Shown here: positions 8,247-17,809 of the stretch, piece by piece
Layout of the letters: every line of letters begins with the position of its first letter
Numbering within the stretch: the stretch's first letter is position 1
Assembly (NCBI GenBank): GCA_024275415.1
Contig: JAJRZD010000035.1
Coordinates: 30,001 to 62,000 of the forward strand
DNA: 32,000 bases
From: an archaeon
Lineage (GTDB): Archaea; Asgardarchaeota; Thorarchaeia; Thorarchaeales; Thorarchaeaceae
Reading direction: 5' to 3'
Translations under genes and position numbers: made by a program
Notes under the pieces: model-generated
What the model saw: only the letters and a program-made list of their open reading frames with translations
The model's database searches: none
Told to the model about the DNA's origin: nothing

Positions 8247-8606
8247 ATGTCACAGCTTCAAGAGTTCTTCAAGTTCTTCCTCCATCAGGTCAACACCAAA
8301 GACGACCTGAAGAAGCATCTGGTGGAATGGATTGGTCACTATAACGGCAAGATTCTTCAGGTCATCACCGAAGAGGGGCCGCAGTACATCGTGGTGAAGA
8401 AAACAGGTATGAGCCTGCATGACGGGATGTACCCGAGTCCGGATGTGATTTATAAAGCACGATCCGATGTACTGCTGGGCATCTTCACTGGTGAGGTTCC
8501 GTTCAAGAAGACAATGAAAGATGGGAGTCTTGAGGTGATTGGGAACGCTCACGAGAGTGACCCGCTGGCGAACCTGATCCTCGTAGCCATGACCGGCGCT
8601 CTCTAG
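8247..8606 (+). CDS. SCP2 sterol/lipid-binding domain protein
   Basis: PDVIYKARSDVLLGIFTGEVPFKKTMKDGSLEVIG matches the SCP2 pattern (xDxxxxxxxxxxxxxxxG...GxLxxxG). Confidence 0.8.
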   Translation: MSQLQEFFKFFLHQVNTKDDLKKHLVEWIGHYNGKILQVITEEGPQYIVVKKTGMSLHDGMYPSPDVIYKARSDVLLGIFTGEVPFKKTMKDGSLEVIGNAHESDPLANLILVAMTGAL

Positions 8607-8617
8607 GAGGGTGTTCG

Positions 8618-9742
8618 ATGGATGTACACAAGATTGCGATAATCGGCGCAGGTCTCATGGGTTCAGGGATTGCTTATGTTTCAGCCGGAAACGGGTTTCA
8701 CGTGACATTAGTCGATGTGAACGAGCAGGCCCTTGAGGTGGGGATGGATCGCATCCGCAACGATGTCATGACCGGCGTTGACAAGAACAAGCTGAGCCTA
8801 AGCGAGGCGCAGGCACTTATGGGCAATCTGGCATCGACTACGAACATCGCTAACGCTGTGAAAGAAGCGGATCTTGTCATTTAAGCAATCTTTGAGAACA
8901 TGGAGGTGAAGAAGAAAGTATTCGCGGAATGTGACGCAAACGCGCCTTCCCACGCGATACTTGCAACGAACACATCTTCATTGAGCATCGACGAGCTGGC
9001 AAGTGCCACAAACAGGCCTGACAAGTTCATTGGCATGCACTACTTTTCGCCTGTGGCTGCGATGAAGCTTATTGAGATAGTCATTGGCGAGAAGACCAGT
9101 GAGGAAACGATACAAACCGCGATTGCAGTTGGTGAGAAGCAGGGCAAGGTTCCGGTGAAGGCCAAGAACAGCCCTGGTTTCATCGTGAACAGGATATTGA
9201 TGCCTGTCCTCCGTGAGGCAATTCTTCTCTATGAGCAAGGTGTTGCCACCAAGGAGGAGATTGATACGGCGATGACCGCTCACGCGAAATTCCCAGCTGG
9301 CCCGTTCACACTCGGTGACTTTGTTGGGCTCGATATAGCCTTTAACGCGATGAGTACTCTCTACAGGGAGCTCGGGGACTGTTTCAAGCCTCCAGATTCG
9401 CTAAAGGCATTAGTTGAGTCAGGAGCCATCGGCACCAAGTCGAAGAAAGGCTTCTACAAGTACGGTGGGGAGCAGGATGAGCCTGAGCCTCCGAAGGGTG
9501 TTGACCCACACTGGCTTGTGGACAGAATCACTATACCCGTCATCCGTGAGGCGATGATCCTTGTCGATGAAGGGATCGCTGAGAAGGATGCCATCGATAT
9601 GGCAATGAAGCTTGGTGCAAGTTTCCCAGCAGGTCCCTTCGAGATGGCGGAGAAGTACGGGCTTGACAAAGTGAAGGCAGAGATCCAGAAACTCTACGAG
9701 GAGCATGGGGAATGCTACTCCGTTCCAAAGATGCTTGGCTAA
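8618..9742 (+). pseudogene. 3-hydroxyacyl-CoA dehydrogenase (NAD-binding domain plus duplicated C-terminal domain) with one in-frame TAA (8882..8884)
   Basis: Motifs IIGAGLMGSGIA, DLVI*AIFENMEVKK (the conserved DLVIEA Glu is replaced by TAA), TNTSSL, GMHYFSP, PGFIVNR and two GPF-type C-terminal repeats. Confidence 0.88.
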
Positions 9743-9751
9743 TCTAGTTTA

Positions 9752-9790
9752 AGAGGCAAGGAGATGTCCTTGTCCTCTCCTCTTTTTCTA
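9752..9790 (+). terminator. Hairpin plus T-tract after the dehydrogenase
   Basis: AGAGG-CAAGGA-gatg-TCCTTG-t-CCTCT followed by cctctttttct. Confidence 0.55.
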
Positions 9791-9955
9791 TTCACTATTC
9801 ATGTACTAACGTTTCTCCAACTACAATTTTGACCTATTCTGTGACTAACTCTTACCTTTTTGAAACGGCGAATTTCAATTCGGCAATCGTAAAGGACTGG
9901 TATTTATTAAGGGAATGCTCTCTTTTCTTTGATACAACCATTCTTGGTGGTAACA

Positions 9956-10768
9956 ATGGCCGAATACGAAACGATGCTATACTCGAAGGAAGGTTCGTTC
10001 CTTTCTCCGGTGAAGAATGTGGCTGTAATCAAGTTCAACCGCGTGGATGCACTGAACAGCATCAATGACCAATTCATAAAAGACCTGAGTGATGCACTGG
10101 ACGAAGCAGAGAAGGATCCCGACGTTCGTTCGATTGTCCTTGCTTCTGCCCACGATAAGGTCTACTGTACCGGTGCTGACCTCAAGATGGCACAGGGCTA
10201 TCTTGGAAAAGGGGATGAGGTCAAACCCTTGCTAGAACAAGGACAGGCCGTAATCAATAAGATTGCCAAGCATCCAAAGCCCGTCATCGCAGCAATCAAC
10301 GGACTATGTCTTGGCGGAGGGACTGAGATTACTCTTGCATGTGACATCCGGATATGTGAAACGGAGGCAAAAATTGGCACACCTGAAGTAAGTCTTGGTC
10401 TTATCCCTGCATGGGGAGGATGTGTGCGTCTGCCTCGAATCATCGGTCTTGGAAAAGCAATGGAGCTTATTCTCACCGGCGGACAGGTGACAGCCGAAGA
10501 AGCGCTGCAAATGGGTCTTGTCAGCAAGGTAGTGCCCAAGGATGAACTGTTGAGTCAAGCCATGTGGTACGGTGCAAAACTGGGTGGTAATGCACCTCTC
10601 GCACTAAAACTAGCAAAGGCCGCAACCCATCTCGCATTCGATGACGATTACGATGATAACCACGAATTCCAAGTGAAAGCTGGAGTCGAGCTGTTTGGCT
10701 CAAAGGATTTAGCTGAAGGCATCTCCGCTGTCTTTGAAAAGCGACGTGGCAAGTTCACTGGAGAGTAA
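9956..10768 (+). CDS. Enoyl-CoA hydratase/isomerase (crotonase family)
   Basis: Motifs YCTGADL, IAAINGLCLGGGTEITLACD and PEVSLGLIPAWGG, with both catalytic Glu present. Start chosen at ATG 9956 after GGTGGT. Confidence 0.92.
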   Translation: MAEYETMLYSKEGSFLSPVKNVAVIKFNRVDALNSINDQFIKDLSDALDEAEKDPDVRSIVLASAHDKVYCTGADLKMAQGYLGKGDEVKPLLEQGQAVINKIAKHPKPVIAAINGLCLGGGTEITLACDIRICETEAKIGTPEVSLGLIPAWGGCVRLPRIIGLGKAMELILTGGQVTAEEALQMGLVSKVVPKDELLSQAMWYGAKLGGNAPLALKLAKAATHLAFDDDYDDNHEFQVKAGVELFGSKDLAEGISAVFEKRRGKFTGE

Positions 10769-10779
10769 ACGTCCTGCAT

Positions 10780-10810
10780 AGGGATGGACGAGTCCATCCC
10801 TCCTACTTTT
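10780..10810 (+). terminator. Perfect hairpin plus T-tract
   Basis: AGGGATGGA-cgag-TCCATCCCT followed by cctacttttt. Confidence 0.65.
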
Positions 10811-10987
10811 TATCAACCGTCATAGCCTTCGAGATAGCCGTTGATTAAAACGCACTTTTTGCCGAATTTCTTATCGTCAAGTCGGCATCCGTCAACCTTA
10901 AGTCTTTGTCCACAGATGAAATCAAACCTATACTATGATTAAGGAGCAACTCACTGAGAATGAGATGTTCCTTATGGAGGATAAAAA

Positions 10988-12157
10988 ATGGCGAGAAGAG
11001 TCGCTGTTGTGGCTGGAGGCCACAGCAAATTCGGAAAACGGTATGATGCCACAATGAGAGAATTGTGTGCGGAAGCCTACAAACCAATCTATGATGAAGG
11101 CATTACCCAGGACAAGATTGACGCTACAGTCCTTTCGTATGCAGCATCTCAGTTTACAGGTCAAGGTGCAGGATCTGCATTAATAGCGGACTATCTTGGA
11201 ATGCAAGACATTCCCCACCTTCGTGTGGAGTCTGCCTGCACAACAGGAACTGCGTCACTCAGAGCTGCTTGGGGAATGGTGGCAGCTGGGCTATATGATG
11301 TAATGATGGTGCTTGGTGTCGAGCAGATGAATCGAGTATCCTCGGCCACAGCAACAGAGTACATGTCGCGAGCTGGGGATATGCGATGGGAGTACCCATA
11401 CGGAATCTCGTTTCCTGCATTCTATGCCCTGATGGCATCTCGTTACATGCACGAGTATAATATGTCCCATGACATCCTTGCAAAGATTGCAGTGAAATCG
11501 CATCACTACGGTGCACAGAATCCAAAGGCGCATCTTCCGAAGGAGATTCCTTTTGAGGAGGCAAACAATGCTATTCCTATTTGCCGACCATTGAATCTCT
11601 ATGACTGTAGTCTTATCACCGATGGTGCTGCGGCTGTAGTCATTGCAGCTGAGGATCGAGTCAAAGAATTCACTGACCGTCCAATGTGGATCAAAGGTAT
11701 TGGCGCAGGTGCTTCAGAGATGATGATTCAAGACAGGCCAACCCTGACATCAATACCCGGAGCAAAACGTGCAGCAAAGGCAGCATATGAGATGGCCGGA
11801 GTGAAACCAGACGACATCAACATGGCTCAGGTGCATGACTGTTTCACCATCGCAGAGCTAATTGCATATGAGGATCTTGGATTCGCAGAACCCGGCAAGG
11901 GTCCAGATCTGGTCGAGAACAAGGAGAACTACCATGATGGCAGGATTCCTGTGAACTGTGATGGAGGTCTCAAGAGCAAGGGACACCCGCTGGGAGCAAC
12001 TGGTGTTTCCATGACCTACGAGATCATGAAACAGATGCGAGGAGAGGCTGACAAGCCATCGCGTCAGATCAAAGATGTCAAATATGGATTGGCCCACAAT
12101 GTTGGACAATCTGGGCAGTTCGTCAACGTCTTTATCTTTGAGAGGGGATGGTCCTAA
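10988..12157 (+). CDS. Thiolase (archaeal / SCP-x type acetyl-CoA acetyltransferase)
   Basis: Motifs ESACTTG (catalytic Cys), TDGAAAVV, QVHDCFTIAE and GGLKSKGHPLGATG. GGAGG RBS upstream. Confidence 0.93.
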   Translation: MARRVAVVAGGHSKFGKRYDATMRELCAEAYKPIYDEGITQDKIDATVLSYAASQFTGQGAGSALIADYLGMQDIPHLRVESACTTGTASLRAAWGMVAAGLYDVMMVLGVEQMNRVSSATATEYMSRAGDMRWEYPYGISFPAFYALMASRYMHEYNMSHDILAKIAVKSHHYGAQNPKAHLPKEIPFEEANNAIPICRPLNLYDCSLITDGAAAVVIAAEDRVKEFTDRPMWIKGIGAGASEMMIQDRPTLTSIPGAKRAAKAAYEMAGVKPDDINMAQVHDCFTIAELIAYEDLGFAEPGKGPDLVENKENYHDGRIPVNCDGGLKSKGHPLGATGVSMTYEIMKQMRGEADKPSRQIKDVKYGLAHNVGQSGQFVNVFIFERGWS

Positions 12158-12573
12158 TGAGTGAACAGAAAGAACTCTACCTAGGTTATGCGACTGATAA
12201 GGCTGTCACACCCTTCTTCCAGAAGTTCTTGGAAGCATTGGCTGAAGAGAAGCTCTTGATGAGCAAGTGTACTTCATGTGGAACAGAGTTTCTTCCGCCG
12301 AGAGAACACTGTCAGAAATGTCTGAGCAAAGCAGAATTGGTTCCTTTCACAGAAACTGAGGCGAAGCTCAGGTCATATGTGATTGTTGATTTCGCTCCAG
12401 AAACCCTGACCTCGAAGGCACCATACGTTGTTGCTATTGGGGAGTTCCCATCAGGAAAGCGATTGACGGCCCATATCACCAATCTCATGAGCATGCCTGA
12501 AGTAGGTATGCCCCTGAAACTGGGTTTTGAGAAGATAGATGACAAGAGAATAACATACAAGTGGCTTGTCTAG
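12157..12573 (+). CDS. DUF35 Zn-ribbon/OB-fold thiolase partner
   Basis: Motifs CTSCG..FLPPREHCQKC and PYVVAIGEF. TAATG coupling to the thiolase. Confidence 0.9.
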   Translation: MSEQKELYLGYATDKAVTPFFQKFLEALAEEKLLMSKCTSCGTEFLPPREHCQKCLSKAELVPFTETEAKLRSYVIVDFAPETLTSKAPYVVAIGEFPSGKRLTAHITNLMSMPEVGMPLKLGFEKIDDKRITYKWLV

Positions 12574-12959
12574 GCAAGCTTGGGGGCCATTGTGCCCTCA
12601 TTCCTTTTTTCTTTGAAGTTGCCTTCAATGCATTGACATTCGAGTACATTGGCCATCCTTGTCATTTTCGCAACCGATTTCAGTGCATCAAGATACACTC
12701 TTGTAGCGCTTGGGTACTCAGCGCGATTCAATTCTTCGATTGATTCATCAATAATTTCTATCGCATCGAATATCCTTCTTCGCCCATCATTCCTTCTATA
12801 ATCTGAGAAAACAATATAGTCATACTCGGCCTGAGTGAGTCCTTTTAGGAGCAAACCCTCTTCTTTTACTGTTGTTCGCATCTCGTACGAGTTCAATAGT
12901 GAGTTTCTCATAGCAAGAAGCGAGTCTACCAGTACCTGTTTCTTTTCCTGCCGTTGCAT
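12570..12959 (-). CDS. Hypothetical helical protein (129 aa)
   Basis: The ORF fills the gap between convergent and divergent neighbours and has its own TATA box and GGGAG upstream. Confidence 0.65.
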   Translation of the reverse strand: MQRQEKKQVLVDSLLAMRNSLLNSYEMRTTVKEEGLLLKGLTQAEYDYIVFSDYRRNDGRRRIFDAIEIIDESIEELNRAEYPSATRVYLDALKSVAKMTRMANVLECQCIEGNFKEKRNEGTMAPKLA

Positions 12960-13007
12960 TCTCTTCTTCTCCCGAACGTTAAAGGTACAAACCGAAACAA
13001 CAAACCC

Positions 13008-13054
13008 CTAAATAAGCATTGAGGGAATTCGGGAACCTAAGAACGCTTATTTAG
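13008..13054. promoter_or_regulatory. Back-to-back divergent promoter with two identical GCTTATTTAG TATA-like boxes
   Basis: CTAAATAAGC (13008..13017) and GCTTATTTAG (13045..13054) are perfect reverse complements separated by 27 nt, between divergent genes. Confidence 0.6.
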
Positions 13055-13094
13055 AAATTGACATATTTCGACTTGTCTTCAGGAGGTACAATAA

Positions 13095-13880
13095 ATGTCC
13101 GATGAAATTGTCCTATACGAGATAGACGAGGGAATTGCCAAGATCATAATCAACCGTCCAGACAAATACAATGCGCTGAACACAGCAGTTGTCACTCAAC
13201 TAACTGAATTCATGAAGAAGGCCGAGAATGATAACAGCGTACGTGTCGTCCTCCTTACTGGAGCAGGCGAGAAGGCCTTTGCGGCTGGAGCTGATATATC
13301 CGAGTTCAGTGACAAGGACTCACAATCAGTTCGTCCCCTTGCAGAAAATGGTCAGAATCTGTGCAAGTTCATCGAATCCATGTCAAAGCCAGTGATTGCT
13401 GCTATAAACGGCTTTGCTCTTGGTGGAGGTTGCGAGATTGCGATGGCATGTGACATCCGATATGCATCTGCAAATGCCCGCTTCGGACAGCCAGAGATAA
13501 ACCTAGGCATCATCCCAGGATTTGGCGGGACAGTCCGTTTGCCACGAATTGTTGGTCTTGGGATTGCAAAGGAACTAGTCTACACAGGGGATCAGATAAA
13601 GGCCGATGAAGCATTACGGATAGGACTTGTTAACAAGGTCTTTGATAATACTGAAGCGCTGATGGAGGGTGCCATGGAATTGGCTCGTAACCTTGCTCAA
13701 AAGCCAGGTGTTGCACTCAAGTTGGCGAAGCAATCCCTTCAAAATGCTTGGGAGATGCCATTGGAGAAGAATCTCTCGTTCGAAGTTGACGTATTCTGTC
13801 AGACTTTTGATACCGAGGACAAGAATGAAGGCGTGGATGCTTTCCTCAACAAGAGGAAACCGAGCTTTTCCCACAAATAA
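13095..13880 (+). CDS. Enoyl-CoA hydratase (crotonase)
   Basis: Motifs AFAAGADI, IAAINGFALGGGCEIAMACD and GQPEINLGIIPGFGG. GGAGGT RBS upstream. Confidence 0.94.
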   Translation: MSDEIVLYEIDEGIAKIIINRPDKYNALNTAVVTQLTEFMKKAENDNSVRVVLLTGAGEKAFAAGADISEFSDKDSQSVRPLAENGQNLCKFIESMSKPVIAAINGFALGGGCEIAMACDIRYASANARFGQPEINLGIIPGFGGTVRLPRIVGLGIAKELVYTGDQIKADEALRIGLVNKVFDNTEALMEGAMELARNLAQKPGVALKLAKQSLQNAWEMPLEKNLSFEVDVFCQTFDTEDKNEGVDAFLNKRKPSFSHK

Positions 13881-13903
13881 CCAATAGTTTGGAGTGAAGC
13901 GAA

Positions 13904-16738
13904 TTGGAATCCAAGAAGGTCATCATTGTACCACATACCCATTGGGATCGAGAATGGTATTTACCATTTCAAAGGTTCAGGCATATGCTCGTTGAGCTTG
14001 TAGATGATCTTCTTGGAATTTTGAAGAAACAAGATTACAGGTTCATGCTTGATGGACAGACAATAATCTTGGAAGACTATTTCGAGATTCGCGAAGAGCG
14101 AAGGGATGAATTGCTTGGACATATTCGCGAAGGGAAAATTGCAGTGGGGCCGTGGTATTTGTTACCCGATCAATGGCTCGTTGGCGGGGAGAGTCTTATT
14201 CGTAACATCGAGTATAGTCATGACATTGCAACGCGTCTTCAGATTCCTCAGATGCCCATTGGATACCTCCCTGATATGTTCGGACACTCTAGCGCAATAC
14301 CTCAAATATTGAGTGACCTTACGGATTTCAAAGCTGCTGTACTCTGGCGAGGTGTTCCCCCAGATATACAAACTGTTCTTTTCAATTGGAAATCTCATGT
14401 ATCGTCCACCGCTGTGATTCCTACCGTGTATCTCCCCGGAGGATACGGGAATGTTTCTAGATTGGCGGAGGAGTACAGTGAATTTGTTGATATGGTTATG
14501 GAGGGAATATCGTTCCTAGAGCCATTCTCCCCAGTGCCAGTCTATCTTCTGATGAACGGTTCTGACCACCTCTTTCCACAAGCTTTTGTCAAAGACAATG
14601 CAGACAGGATGAACCGTGAAGGCACTGACATCTCAGTAGGGTCTCTCAGCGACTTTGTCGAGCACTTGCAAAGTGCAATTGCTACATCAGGATATACACC
14701 TCCCCTGAAGAGTGGTGAGTTTAGATCCCCTGCTAGGGCTCCCCTGCTGCAAGACACATATTCTGCCAGAATGTGGATAAAGATCTGGAACCAGAAAGTA
14801 GAAGATATGCTGATTCGGCAGGTTGAACCTATTAGCACCTATCTATGGTTTGCATTGGATCAACAATACCCAAGCAGCTTCTTGAGTATTGCTTGGAAAT
14901 GGCTATTGAGAAATCACCCTCACGATTCTATTTGTGGATGCTCTGTTGATAGTACGCATGAAGAGATGAAGGCACGTTTCTCTTGGGCTGAAACCATTGG
15001 AGAGGGCATTCTTGAGAAAGCAAATAAGATACTAGAAGAGAAATCTTTGAAATCTGATTTGGAATCATCCAATGTTCTGGTCTTCAATTCTGGAGCAAGT
15101 ACGAGTTCTCCTGTCTACATCGAGTTTTCTGCCCCTCGAGAACAAACGATTGCTGGATTGCAGACCCCTGATGGAGTAATTCATGGCCTTCAACGACTTG
15201 AGTCGAGAGATGATGTCTTCTTTGAAACTACTGTGGGCATGAGAATGGCAAAGATGGGGCTGACTCTCATACCTGGAAGGAAGCTCATGAATTTCTACAT
15301 CAACGGTGTTGAATTCTCCGATGGTGAGGATCCAGATGTTCTAGAATTGCGCTTTATCGCTGATGACCATCCAGAAGGGGATCTTGATTGGGAAGCCTTC
15401 AAACGGCAGGCACGTGATATCATTGCTAGCAAGAAGTACAAGAAAATCCATCTTGTCGCAGCACGTCCGACTCAGAGTGTGTATGCTGCAGTTATTCCTC
15501 TGCGGCCTTGGGCGTTCACTCGGCTCCTTCCTGTTTCAGAATCTCCAAGTGAAACTTGTGATGTACTTGAGGTCAGTGCCAATCAGATTAACAATCGTTT
15601 CTATTCTGTGACTTTCAACAGAGATGGGTCATTGAAGTTATTGGACAAGGAGTTAGGACTGACCTATGAACGACTCCATGTCTTCGAAGACTATGGGGAT
15701 CGTGGGGACGAGTACACATTTGGTAGAGTGGAACCAGAGAAGGCATCTGTGAAAAACGTGAAGCGTGACGTTGTACTCTCCGGTTCGATCTTGGCAGAGA
15801 TTCGACAGAAGATGGAGATTGAACTTTTTGAGAGTCTTGATTCATCAAGAGAGAAGCGTATTGGCAAAACGAGAATACCCGTAGAGTCAACGTTCAGATT
15901 CTATCGAGATACCCCACGAATCGAGGTGACCACTCGCCTTACAAACAAGTCGAAGGATCATCGGCTGCGGATTTGCTTTGACCTTCCCTACAAGTCAGCC
16001 ACTTCCAAGACAGAAACCCATTTTGGTATCGTTGAACGAGTTTGTGACCCCGAACGAATCCCCGATGCTGAGGTACTAGAGAAGACCAACTCATCATACC
16101 CCGAACGCCCCTCTGGTATCCAACCCCAAAAGCGATTCATCAGAGTTGATAATGATGATGGAGAAGGTGCGATCACTGTCTTCAACACTGGTCTACCTGA
16201 GGTTGAGTTGGCAAATCGCAGCAGAATCGCAATAACACTTGTTCGTTCAGTTGGGTGGCTCTCTAGGGCTGATATCCCTGAGAGACCTATCCATGCAGGA
16301 CCTGGAATAGAAACTCTTGGTGCTCAAGAACTGGGAACCGAGTATGTGTACCACTATGGTTTTGCAACACACTCTAAGGAAGAGCCTATCCATACCAGTT
16401 CAAATATCGCGGATGCAGGTTGTGATAGACCCATAACGATGTACTTGAATTCATCAGACGAGGTTTCAAGGCTTTATGTTCCGATCATTCAAATAGATAA
16501 TCCTATTGTAAGAATCTCGTCCTTACGAGTCCGAGATGACTCGGTACTTGTAACAATGTATAACCTTGAGAATAGTGAAGTCACTGTCCTCATGAATCTT
16601 GAAGAATCTATCACAAAAGTAACCGAGGTTAAAATCAACAGGAGTATGAAGCAGGAGCATACAGTTAGGAATGGAATCGTGAATCTAACTTTCAGTCCTC
16701 GTGAAATAAAGATGTGTTCCCTACAACGAGGGGCGTGA
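13904..16738 (+). CDS. Glycoside hydrolase family 38 (alpha-mannosidase / MngB-like)
   Basis: Motifs HTHWDREWY, LDGQT, PDMFGH, NGSDH, HDSICGCSVD and DxGDxGDEY. TTG start. Confidence 0.92.
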   Translation: MESKKVIIVPHTHWDREWYLPFQRFRHMLVELVDDLLGILKKQDYRFMLDGQTIILEDYFEIREERRDELLGHIREGKIAVGPWYLLPDQWLVGGESLIRNIEYSHDIATRLQIPQMPIGYLPDMFGHSSAIPQILSDLTDFKAAVLWRGVPPDIQTVLFNWKSHVSSTAVIPTVYLPGGYGNVSRLAEEYSEFVDMVMEGISFLEPFSPVPVYLLMNGSDHLFPQAFVKDNADRMNREGTDISVGSLSDFVEHLQSAIATSGYTPPLKSGEFRSPARAPLLQDTYSARMWIKIWNQKVEDMLIRQVEPISTYLWFALDQQYPSSFLSIAWKWLLRNHPHDSICGCSVDSTHEEMKARFSWAETIGEGILEKANKILEEKSLKSDLESSNVLVFNSGASTSSPVYIEFSAPREQTIAGLQTPDGVIHGLQRLESRDDVFFETTVGMRMAKMGLTLIPGRKLMNFYINGVEFSDGEDPDVLELRFIADDHPEGDLDWEAFKRQARDIIASKKYKKIHLVAARPTQSVYAAVIPLRPWAFTRLLPVSESPSETCDVLEVSANQINNRFYSVTFNRDGSLKLLDKELGLTYERLHVFEDYGDRGDEYTFGRVEPEKASVKNVKRDVVLSGSILAEIRQKMEIELFESLDSSREKRIGKTRIPVESTFRFYRDTPRIEVTTRLTNKSKDHRLRICFDLPYKSATSKTETHFGIVERVCDPERIPDAEVLEKTNSSYPERPSGIQPQKRFIRVDNDDGEGAITVFNTGLPEVELANRSRIAITLVRSVGWLSRADIPERPIHAGPGIETLGAQELGTEYVYHYGFATHSKEEPIHTSSNIADAGCDRPITMYLNSSDEVSRLYVPIIQIDNPIVRISSLRVRDDSVLVTMYNLENSEVTVLMNLEESITKVTEVKINRSMKQEHTVRNGIVNLTFSPREIKMCSLQRGA

Positions 16739-16779
16739 GGTCGGGACTGGTGTATGCCGAGCATAAAATATCAGATTTT

Positions 16780-17715
16780 TCACTTTAAATGAATTTCCTC
16801 ACCATCAACTTCCACAATTCCATGTGAAACCATATCGTCTATGTGTTTCTCAAGCATATATTCCTCAAAGATCAGATACGCATCCATCGGAATCCTCGGG
16901 TATATTGTTGGCACTCTCGCTAGACTTCGGATTGTATTGATTCCCTGCCTGATGTTCTGGATAATCCTTTGTTCTCTCTCGTCGAAAATTGCTAAATACT
17001 GCAATAGACGTTCACGCAGGTTCGTTTCAATAGGATTTAGCAAATGGCTGCTAATTCCCACTTTTGGCTCAAGGGCCAAGATTCGCTGAATTGATTCCCT
17101 GAATTCATGGATATCGCTTACTGCATTTCCATACCACGGGCCAAACCGCGTTAGATCAATATCAACCAAGAATACGATGTCAGTCCCATTGATTCCAAAA
17201 ACAGTATGATCCTTTGTGTGCCCGGGAGCATGTACCGGAATAAGTTCTGTTTCTCCGAAGGAGATGGTTTTTCCACTTTCAAAGAAACCTGTCACTTGAT
17301 AATCCTCCACTACATGGGGGAGTCTTATGTCTATGAGTTCCCTCCAACTCGAATAATACTGGTGTCCCTTGATTCCATAGAACTCGACTGTTCCGTCTAA
17401 TGATTCTATTCCCTGTTTGGCAAGGGGATGACAAAGTAACTCACACTGAGATAGATTCATGATTTCTGCTGCATGCCCCTTGTGGTCTACATGGAAATGT
17501 GTTAGAATGATCTGGTCAATATCCTTCATAGCATGTCCGCAGCTTTGCACTGTCCTCTCGATGTTTCTAAGGGACGATCCTGCATCAACCAGTACGAGTA
17601 TCTCATCATCAATGAGAAGTGAATTCGCTTCGGGGAACCTTGCTCTATTCTCTCCTCTGATCAAGTGTACATTAGGGGCTATCTCAATGTGAGGCTCGTA
17701 TTCTTCTGTCATCAT
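16780..17715 (-). CDS. Metallo-beta-lactamase-fold hydrolase
   Basis: Motifs LVDAG, THFHVDH (HxHxDH), HAPGHT, a Asp after a beta-strand, and SSH. Confidence 0.9.
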   Translation of the reverse strand: MMTEEYEPHIEIAPNVHLIRGENRARFPEANSLLIDDEILVLVDAGSSLRNIERTVQSCGHAMKDIDQIILTHFHVDHKGHAAEIMNLSQCELLCHPLAKQGIESLDGTVEFYGIKGHQYYSSWRELIDIRLPHVVEDYQVTGFFESGKTISFGETELIPVHAPGHTKDHTVFGINGTDIVFLVDIDLTRFGPWYGNAVSDIHEFRESIQRILALEPKVGISSHLLNPIETNLRERLLQYLAIFDEREQRIIQNIRQGINTIRSLARVPTIYPRIPMDAYLIFEEYMLEKHIDDMVSHGIVEVDGEEIHLK

Positions 17716-17809
17716 TTAGAGCAAAATATGCATTGATGATAATCTTGTCGTATACATTGATATTGCACCAAGTCCAATGGCAGTTTGTAAATCGTATAAG
17801 GTGAACCGA

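Noticed and set aside
785-8884. Genome-wide UAA recoding as the explanation for two in-frame TAAs
   Set aside because: At least seven genes here end cleanly at TAA (for example 1525, 9742, 10768, 12157, 13880), and the two sites may need different residues.
7700-9740. Impression of a GC-richer, possibly transferred segment
   Set aside because: Spot counts gave GC similar to other coding regions, so this cannot be supported without computation.
17731-17761. CATTGAT direct repeat in the MBL/kinase divergent intergenic region
   Set aside because: A 7-mer repeated twice in AT-rich DNA is not distinguishable from chance.
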